Of a stretch of DNA of 64,000 nucleotides, positions 35,899 through 45,648 are shown piece by piece. A program made the translations under genes and the position numbers. Below the pieces are notes generated by a model, which had not been told where the DNA came from, made no database searches, and worked only from the letters and a program-made list of their open reading frames with translations. The stretch's first letter is position 1, and the number at the start of each line of letters is the position of its first letter. This stretch comes from Tubulanus polymorphus (taxonomy: Eukaryota; Animalia; Nemertea): positions 868,001-932,000 of the forward strand of contig NC_134034.1 in assembly GCF_964204645.1 (NCBI RefSeq), given 5' to 3'.

Positions 35899-38800
35899 AT
35901 GTCCATTTTTCCCCCAATGTATTTGAAGGCTAGTAAGACGGTTCGGTCGGCGCTCTCGTGGCTGGTCGAATCGGACAGTGAACTACGAGTCAAACAGACG
36001 ATATTCGATGAAACGAAGGATGAACTGACGCCGTTAGAGGATGTTTACCTACTCGACGATCTTATATTCACGGATAAGAAACGGTAGTAAGAATTAAACA
36101 GGGGTCGAAATATCAGAAACATCGAAATTGAACTAAATGTCAAACTCACACGGTGCAGAATGTTTTTTTTAAATATTTTTCTTTTTTTTCATTTCAACAA
36201 CAACAGAACTGCTGGTGCTAAGAAACGCGGGTGGATGGTAAACACGCGGGCGACGATGAATATATTTCAACTGATGTTAAGTGATTTTCAGGTAGGACCT
36301 TGAACCCCCTCACCTAATCAATGCCTGAGCCCCAAACCTCTCCCGGGTCTGCGTCATCTGATCACAAATCTACTTCAATTGTTCAGCGTAGGCATTTATT
36401 TATATACAGAATTGGCGCCGGAGATGGAAATATAAGAAACACGGTTTGCCGCTGTTCAGAGAAAACATCAAAAACGTCGAAGGTAACGACAGAAATCAAA
36501 CTGAAATCACCGCCATTTTGATATCATGTGATAAAATCGATGCGTCTCATCGCTAGGTGGCGCTGTAGTTTTGTTACACATTTCACTGTGCGCGATAGCA
36601 AATATAAACTTAAATCGAAAATTACTTTATTAAATCTTTAGATGTCTACTTCTTGCTGAGCACACTAGGTTTTTGTCATATGTGGCACCGAACGTTCACC
36701 CACTGGACCCTGACATCCTCGCCCCCTTACTGAAACCGTATGATGTTGTATTGATAATTAACAGGTGGTTTCGGTTCGGGAGTGGTATCGTTTTTCCTTT
36801 ATTGTCGATGGTTGATATTGATGAACGTGTTTCTCACTGTGGTCTGGTTCGGTTCGACAGTTCTGCCCACGGCTATCTACTTCGATTACGGTAACATGAA
36901 CGAGACCTTTCAACTAACAAGTCTATTCGATGGCCAGGTAAAATCTACGAAATAAATATAGCCGCAAAGCAGCGATAGAGGGTTTTCTATGTTCGCTGGT
37001 TTAAGTGGCCGTAAAATGAATAACAGACAAAAAATGTGTTCGAAAAAATTAAAAAATGTTTGATGGTAGTTACTTTCCCCTTGGCCTGTTTCACAGTCAA
37101 GGCTAAGGTTATTTTGCTTTTAAAGCCAATCTAAGACGAGTCTACGAGCATCTGAGTTCAACAGCCGATGTAACAACTTGGATAAGACAACTTCGTGATT
37201 TCAGCCATGACTTGTGCAACTGCGCGTCAAATTGATACCTTTAAACTTTGATAAACCTTTTGAGTGAGAATAGTTTGTTTGTTTGTCTGTTGTATAGAGA
37301 GCGATGTCGAAGTCGTGGGTGTTTTACTGTAGTTATACACCGTATACAGGACCCTATCACACAGCGTTAGCCTACCTCATAGCTATATTCATCTCATACG
37401 TGGCGCCAATATTCGCCATCATTTACAGGTAAAGAACATCATGGGAAACAGTTAGGTTTAAGATCAGTTTAAGACCAACTTAGTTCTATAACCAACATAC
37501 ACCTTAAGACTAGTCTTTGGATTTTAGACCACTTTTGGACCTAAGTCTCCATTATGGAATTGGCCACTGTCACTTAGAGTCTTATTGAGTCATTGTACCA
37601 CAGAGTTGGGTCCTGATCGCAGAGTATCGTTGACGATACAACTACTTGGAAACATGTGCAAGTCTCCAGCACTGGTTGGGCGAACAAAACTATGGTGTTT
37701 GCCTACTAGTCTTCTTTAAAACTGAGGTGGTCTTAAACTGGTCTTAAATCTAAGCCACATATGGGCAACTGATCCCTGATTGGCAAACAAACCATTTACA
37801 GGACATCACGTGCCATAATTCTAAGATGATCTGGGACTGTTGTTGAATCTATGCCATACCTGAACATATCGTGCATCTCTCTGTATTTTCAGTATTTCAT
37901 TGGCACAGAAATTAGAATTACCGACTCTTACTAACGACAGATACAAATTCGGATTGTTAGTTTTTACGAGTTGGGATCATTCTTTAGTGAACGAAGCCGC
38001 CGCAGAAAATCTGTCCAATACAATTACAAACCTCGTCACGGTGAGTTGAAGTAGGTTTCGGTAGGTCCTACACTAATTCGGGACTTGAATTTTCTTCTGG
38101 TGCGTTCGTTTTGACCGGAATATTCCATCTATTCGTTCAGCGTCAAAACGAATCATTGTCCCTTTTTCAGGAAAACATCCACGAATTTAAAGCTAAAGCG
38201 AATATCAAACAGCGCAGTAAAAAACAACGATACTTGATCATATTTAGACGGGTTGCCGCCTGGATTATAACATGGTGAGAGACACATCGTAAACAACTTA
38301 TCACTAGGGGGCGTGTTGTAGTGATCATGCTCACGGCTAGGGCGTGTAATGGTAACATTAACTACAAGGGGCATGTAGTTATCAGATTTATCGCTAGGGG
38401 CGTGTAATGATCAGGTTCAATGCCAGGGAGAGTAATATATTATTAGGGGGCCTGGTGTTAGTACTTTATATCGATTAACATTGCAGTATTCTGATTGGTG
38501 GAGGATGTTCGACTATCATCTATGTAGTAATGTTTGTGAAATTGGAACAGTTAGTGACGGATTGGACCGGGGATGAACAACACTTCCTCAGCGTCTACTG
38601 CGTCATCATTATCTTCCAGACTATTAATATCATCGTTCCGAAATGCGTTACACAGGTCAGTACTCCCCCAATAAAAAACCCTCTGAAAACCCCCTGTTTC
38701 GCTCCCGGCAGGTGTGGTGGGTCTGTAAGGGACACTCAATCGAAAAATCAAACAAAATTTACCAGCCAAATAAATAAATAATGGGGACAATCCCTATTTT

Positions 38801-41800
38801 AAGATAAAAAAACCCCTCTGAATCGCCCACCCTCTCTCTTCTCTCTCTACAAAGTACTCAACGACACTTGACAATTCCGATGTACAAAACGCTAAGGTTC
38901 TTAGTGAAGTAGGAAGGAGATGAAGAAATTCTCCTAGTTGTGGAAGTGGTTGTTTCACAAAAAGTGCTCAACGACACTTGATGAATTCAGTGTGTCCACC
39001 ATGCGGTACACACTGACACAAAGGTTACCTCAGTGATCTCTCATCATTTCTCATTTCTGTGTGTTTGTAGTTGCCTAAGATGGAGAGTTACGCGTCTGGT
39101 AAAGAAGAGATCAATGTAACTGTAGCTCGTATTTATCTGCTCAGACTCGTCAATTTATTCAGTTTAGTCGCATCGCTTTATCAGAAAGTCAAAGAGGTAT
39201 TAATCAACGAGGCCGCTATCAGGGGGTAGAACTAGAAACCTGCCGCCTTCCTATTAAGGTTCGCCCTACTCGTCAAGATAGAGATTGTTGAAACCTAGCT
39301 GTAGTACCCTATTATTTCCTTACACTTGGATATCGACCACACCACTATATCAGATAGAGTTAGAATCCTGCTGCCCGCTCTATTGAGGTCGCTCTTTTCG
39401 TCATGACAAAGATTGTTAAAACCTATACTCTAGAACCCAACCTTTCCTAACTCTTGGATAACTCTCGATAGGGTATCCGTAGCATAGTAGAATTTCGGTC
39501 TTTTAAGTGAGTGTTCCTGTTTATTGCTGGAATATTTGCCTAACTGCATGGATTTTCGATATATTTCCAGAACAATGCGAGTCAATGTCCGGGAACGGTG
39601 ATTGGTCAAGAGTTTTATAAACTGGTCATACTGGACACAGTGACGCATGTAATCATTAAAACATTCTCTCCATCAGTATTAAACATTGGACCCAGTTTTA
39701 ACCCAGCTTGAGTAGATTCTTAACTCGCAATGTGAGACTGGGTCCTAGACTGGGTTCTGGACTCAACCAGGAGTCAAATTAAACCCATATGATTATATTC
39801 AGTTTTTTCCCATTCAGACTTTAAGTACAGTGTTCATCAATTTCGCCGTTTATTACTGGACGAAGAAAAAGGTCGAATTTCGTATTTCGAAAGAGGTTTT
39901 AGCCGTGGTTTACAAACAAGCTCTTATATGGGTGAGTACTGAGACAAGGGGGTAGGGCATCTACAAACAAGCTCTTACATGGGTGAGTACTGAGACAAGG
40001 GGGCAGGGCATCTACAAACAAGCTCTTATATGGGTGAGTACTGAGACAAGGGGGCAGGGCATCTACAAACAAGCTCTTATATGGATGAGTACTGAGACAA
40101 GGGGGCAGGGTATCTACAAACAAGCTCTTATATGGGTGAGTACTGAGACAAGGGGGCAGGGTATCTACAAACAAGCTCTTATATGGGTGAGTACTGAGAC
40201 TAGGGGGCAGGGTATCTACAAACAAGCTCTTATATGGATGAGTACTGAGACAAGGGGGCAGGGCATCTACAAACAAGCTCTTATATGGGTGAGTACTGAG
40301 ACAAGGGGGCAGGGCATCTACAAACAAGCTCTGATATGGGTGAGTGAGTACTGAGACTAGGGGGCAGGGTATCTACGAACAAGCTCTTATATGGGTGAGC
40401 ACTGAGACAAGGGGGCAGGGCATCCACAAACAAGCTCTTATATGGATGAGTACTGAGACAAGGGGGCAGGGCATCTACAAACAAGCTCTTATATGGATGA
40501 GTACTGAGACAAGGGGGCAGGGCATCTACAAACAAGCTCTTATATGGATGAGTACTGAGACAAGGGGGCAGGGCATCTACAAACAAGCTCTTATATGGAT
40601 GAGTACTGAGACTAGGGGGGGGGGGGGCAGTGTATCTACAAACAAGCTCGTGACTGTGGGTAGGTTTCTGCATGCTGTGAGAAAGAATCAGATGTTGCCG
40701 CTCTGTGTTTCAGATAGGGATGCTGTTCTGTGTTTCAGATAGGGATGCTGTTCTGTGTTTCAGATAGGGATGCTGTTCTGTGTTTCAGATAGGGATGCTG
40801 TTCTGCCCAATTCTACCCTTGATCGGCGCCGTTTCGTTGGTCGTTTTCTTCTACGTTAATTATGCAGTTGTCATGGTAACGTGTCGTCCGCCATTAAAAC
40901 GATGGAACCAATCACGTCACAGCACGTTCTTCTACTATTTGTTATTGATAATGAGCGTGATATTAGTTTTGTTGATGGCCTTCATTCTGGACAGGTAAAT
41001 ATCAGCAAAATATTATCTCTCAGCCAGTGGTCTCTGTAGGTCAGTGGGATAAGGCGTGATGATGTTGCATTCACTATCAGTGCCGCAAGTGGGTTCGAAT
41101 CCTGCTGGCTGTTTAGGGCAACACTCCAAAGGCCGTGGTCCCATCCTGAGATTAAATACACAATCCAAGGGTTCAGTCATTGGGAAACCAAAATCCGAAC
41201 ATCGTAAAGACGACACAAACGAACCAAACCAAACCCACTCAGCCCATCCCATGAAGGGCCATGTCATTGTGGAAACATGTTACATGTTTCAGCTGTATAC
41301 ATTTCCACGGCTTCATGAATTTTGTTTTCTTGTTTCAGTCGCGGTAACTTTCTATATCTGGACACGGCTTTAGAAGGTCCGTTCCGGGGACAGCGCCCCC
41401 TATCGGTATTAACCGATTACATCGAGAGTCAGGCCGCTGTCTGGGTGGCGACACTGGTCGAATGGATGACGTCAGTTTTCGCGTTAATGACCGTTTTCAT
41501 ATTCATGATGTAAGTAACTGTATCGCCACGAGGGGGCGTAGCAGTTAAATCACGACCCCAAGTTCACTGATCGTCAGACCTAGCGGGGTTTAGGGAGGAG
41601 GCCGTCTTTGCTATGGATTAGTTAGCCCTAAATCACCAAGCAATTTGAGGGATTTATGAAGGCAGTCATCTTTTTGCGGAAGGGACTTATGTGAGATGAA
41701 ATCGGTAGTAGGTCATTCGTATGACGTCATAGGAGGATTTTAATCGGCCATGTTTTATTGCGGAGGTTTTGTGTTGTATATTTTGTAGAGTAATAGTCGG

Positions 41801-41918
41801 TTATCAGTTCATGAGGATTAAATTGGAACGATCACAGCGACACCTATACAGCAGAGAACTCAATGACGAACGACTGGAAAACAAGCAACTTATACATAGA
41901 ATACATCAACTCGAGTGA
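35899..41918 (+). CDS. TMC: Transmembrane channel-like (TMC) protein, at least 14 exons, at least 630 aa; the N-terminus may extend upstream to ~33545
   Basis: Phase-consistent exons: 35899-36083, 36207-36291, 36410-36482, 36765-36937, 37298-37428, 37893-38040, 38171-38274, 38487-38655, 39071-39196, 39571-39648, 39818-39931, 40789-40994, 41339-41509, 41789-41918. TMC motifs IKNVEGGFGSGVVSFFLYCRW, FTSWD, MESY, RIYLLRL, IGQEFYKL, EFRISKEVLAVVYKQALIWIGMLFCPILP, GPF. Confidence 0.92.
39911..40650 (+). repeat. 51-bp minisatellite (~14 copies) that includes the TMC exon-11 end and splice donor
   Basis: Unit TACAAACAAGCTCTTATATGG|GTGAGTACTGAGACAAGGGGGCAGGGCATC. Confidence 0.95.
40703..40805 (+). 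repeat. 25-bp tandem repeat (4 copies) spanning the TMC exon-12 splice acceptor
   Basis: Unit TGTTTCAG|ATAGGGATGCTGTTCTG with AGs ending at 40713, 40738, 40763 and 40788. Confidence 0.95.
41025..41112 (+). mobile_element. tRNA-derived SINE family B copy
   Basis: A-box-like GGTCAGTGGG and B box GGGTTCGAATCC; homologue at 17500-17585. Confidence 0.7.
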
Positions 41919-42617
41919 CACCTACAGAATACATCAACTCGAGTGACACCTACAGAATACATCAACTCCAGTGACACCTACAGAATACATCAACTCCAGT
42001 GACACCTACAGAATACATCAACTCCAGTGACACCTACAGAAATACATCAACTCCAGTGACACCTACAGAATACATCAACTCCAGTGACACCTACAGAGTA
42101 CATCAACTCCAGTGACACCTACAGAATACATCAACTCCAGTGACACCTACAGAATACATCAACTCCAGTGACACCTACAGAATACATCAACTCCAGTGAC
42201 ACCTACAGAAATACATCAACTCCAGTGACACCTACAGAATACATCAACTCCAGTGACACCTACAGAAATACATCAACTCCAGTGACACCTACAGAATACA
42301 TCAACTCCAGTGACACCTACAGAATACATCAACTCCAGTGACACCTACAGAAATACATCAACTCCAGTGACACCTACAGAATACATCAACTCCAGTGACA
42401 CCTACAGAAATACTGATCAGCTCGAGTGACACCTACAGAATACATCAACTCGAGTGACACCTACAGAATACATCAACTCCAGTGACACCTACAGAATACA
42501 TCAACTCCAGTGACACCTACAGAAATACATCAACTCCAGTGACACCTACAGAAATACTGATCAGCTCGAGTGACACCTACAGAAATACTGATCAACTCCA
42601 GTGACACCTACAGAAAT
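41898..42617 (+). repeat. 28-29-bp minisatellite (~25 copies) starting in the last TMC codons and including the stop
   Basis: Unit AGAATACATCAACTC(C/G)AGTGACACCTAC; the first copy encodes RIHQLE*. Confidence 0.95.
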
Positions 42618-44089
42618 CAAGATGGTCGCACTGCAGCTGACTGGTCGTCACAGATATAGTGGTAATGATGAGTGGATGACGACGATAGACTGATCAGATA
42701 AACTAACATTTCACTCAGTCACAAAAATAGTGATCACCAGCGAGTTTGATTGGTATCCAGGGAGGTCCCGGGTTTCAATCCGGCACGGCTTGATTTTAAG
42801 CGTAAGGTTTGGGTCGGTTTAAGGGCCGGATAAGATCTGGTTGGTCGGGGCTATTTTTCTCGCGCTGTTATTTCGTGTTCGCTATAACCGCTCTCTGAGT
42901 TTATAGCTTAATCTACTAATACCACACCTGTCCACACGATGATACACTGTTTGCTGTCTATCAGAGCTGTCTATCAGAGCTGTCTAAATATATCGATACT
43001 ATCACACTCACTTTACACGCTCTAAATAAAATGCGTTTATTTTTTTTTGCTGGGATGGTCGACGACGGCGCATCAAGTTTTATCTCCGCTGAATCAAGTT
43101 GTTTCAGATCTCATTCGCTCTATATCGGTTGACCTCGTGGTGATCCGGTATTCGAAGAATGCGAATTATCCTCAACTCGCAATTCAACCCTCCTCGTCTC
43201 AACCGATCAGGAATAAGTGCGTAGAAAGAAATTCCAATCACTCTCCCTCTCTCACTCACTCTCTGTCTGTCGAGGATGAAGATGAAATATCGGGGCCCAG
43301 TTCAATAGCTGTGAGTGGGAGTTAACTGTCAGTCAAAGTCAATTCGTTTTCGATAAGTTAACTCTGAATCAAATCTTAATTCACAACTGCAGAACTGTGA
43401 ATCCAAAATATTGATACTGCAACTTTGGTTGGAGCGCAGTTTCATAAAATTAGTTCATTTTTGCTGAGTTAACCCGGAAGAGTCGAATCTTAACTCGGAA
43501 AACTGTGGAACTGGATCCTGTGTTTAATCAATCGCCGGCGATTAGCTCAGCTTCAAAGACGAAATCCTCCTTAAACTGCGATCGCGCGAACGTTTAACCC
43601 CGGTTTACTCGGGCCCGGTGAAGATCGACCCGGAACAAATCGTCTGCGTGTGATCGCGGTTTATGATTAACTAGAATGGTGTAAGTTGAGACCTGTCCGG
43701 CAGTATTGACCGCTTGGTTTAAAAGTACCGACCTTTCTCTCGATGCGTGCTGTCTACGTGTTCACGTGATGCGTCTTTATATCTAGTTATCTTTAAAACA
43801 ATCTTCGTGAAAGCCTCAAATCACAACCGAACACCCGACACCTCTAGCCCTGCAGCCTGTAGCCTGCGGCTTGTCTGTCAATATATCTAATTCAATTTTA
43901 TTTCAAAAAGCTTTTAAATCAATGATTTTTACGAGATTTTTCAGTATCTTTGTATCGATGTCTTTTCTCTATTTCGTTCAGAAAGTCATTTCACAAATGG
44001 CATTATTTCTATCAAGTTTCGTGGGAGGGGGGCCCGGGGTTGCACCTCTTTCTTCGGGGGATACTTTTTTTTGTTTTTCTTTAAAAACA

Positions 44090-44572
44090 AGGTTTGTAAG
44101 TTTGTCTGGTCAGTGTGGTGACTAGTGACCAGTCAAGGTGACTCACAATAGCCGCCAGCGACTGATAATGTTTAAACGGCAATTATTTTCTTTTTATGAT
44201 AACTTAATCTTTCAAGCAATCTCCTAATTACAACAATTTCTAACGATTCTGTAAGAAAACATAGATTAACAAGTCCCGTGTTCGAAAACGTGCAGCTGCT
44301 GCTGCTGCTGCAGGGTTTTTTAATCATGATTTTAAGAATCTGAAATTTGATTTATTGAAAGCTAAACTAATAACGCCTGTGTTAACAAATTGGTAATAAT
44401 TTGAAAAACAATCTATTGAAAAGGTAATGTAATTACGCCTATACGCATGATAACGGAATCGATAACGAACTTTGATGATTTCATCTGAAATCAATTTAAT
44501 AACAGACGTTATTAATTTACCTTTTAAATTAGTTTCAAGGTTCTTATTTCATGATTAAAAACCCAGCTGTGG

Positions 44573-44624
<52 letters not shown>

Positions 44625-45005
44625 GGCAGAGGCACGTTTTCGCACACGGGACATGATTTGATTAATCTATGTTTTCTAACAGAATCTTTAGAAATTGTTG
44701 TAATTAGGAGATTGCTTGAAAGATCAGGTCACCACTAGAAGAAAATAATTGCCGTTTAAACATTTTTGGTCTGATAGGAGACCCGTGTGATAGCGAGTAT
44801 TGCGAGTTACCACACCTGACTGATCGCCAGTCACCACACCTGACTGGTCACCGGTCGACATACTGACCAGGCAAACTTACAAACTCCAACAGTCACGACA
44901 GGTCTATGGCCTAGTGGTTAGCATGCTCTGCTAGCATGCTTGAGGTTGCAGGTTCGAGTCCTGCTAGGGTTAGGGTTACCGTGCGAGTTAGGTTTAGGGT
45001 TATTG
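44090..45005. mobile_element. ~800-bp imperfect palindrome; right arm continues into family A tRNA-like and TTAGGG-like sequence
   Basis: 44168-44355 is the reverse complement of 44525-44765 (including CTG/CAG tracts), and 44090-44150 mirrors ~44790-44885. A box TGGCCTAGTGG at ~44907, B box GGTTCGAGTCC at 44951, then TAGGGTTAGGGTT. Confidence 0.8.
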
Positions 45006-45379
45006 TGCGCGATGATCAAGTGTTAGGGATGTTTTCTTTTTGTGAATTCCTGGTGTTGTCTGACTGTGATATCCGCTGTGTCCCGGTAAATCCGTTGGAA
45101 GAACATCTCTTTCGAATGATTTAGTTTATCGGTTCCACGCATCCTTGACTGCCATTTTAACCCAACAAGAAACAACACTAAATGAATTCGATATTTACGA
45201 TAATAAATTATTATTATTTCTTGAATTATAATCATCAATATTAATATTCATATATAATTAATATTTGCTGAAGAAATAAATATATAATATAAGATATATA
45301 TAGTATTTTGTATCATCATAGACAATTAAATAGCACAATTTCTTTTTTAAAGTTGATTTTGATCACAGGGCTTTATATG

Positions 45380-45648
45380 GTCAATAGCCAATTAACATAT
45401 TGGTCACGTGAAGAATAGCCAATTAACATATTGGCCATGTGTAGAGTAGCCAATGACACATTGGTAACGTGAATTAACATATTGGTCACGTGAAGGATAG
45501 CCAATTAACAAATTGGTAACGTGAATTAACATATTGGTCACGTGAAGGATAGCCAATTAACATATCGGTAACGTGAATTAACATATTGGTCACGTGAAGA
45601 ATAGCCAATTAACAAATTGGTAACGTGAATTAACATATTGGTCACGTA
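45380..45648. repeat. 22/31-bp minisatellite whose terminal unit supplies the DUF917 gene stop codon
   Basis: AATTAACATATTGGTCACGTGAAGAATAGCC units; TCA (TGA on -) at 45642. Confidence 0.9.

Noticed and set aside
39899-40742. Repeat ORFs (STETRGQGIYKQALIW / PPCLSTHPYKSLF)
   Set aside because: Artefacts of the 51-bp array; not independent genes.
44900-44970. Possible true tRNA gene (similar cases at 4010, 17500, 22420, 29270, 41040)
   Set aside because: A and B boxes are present, but there is no convincing cloverleaf or acceptor stem, and copies are divergent with shared flanks, as expected for repeats.
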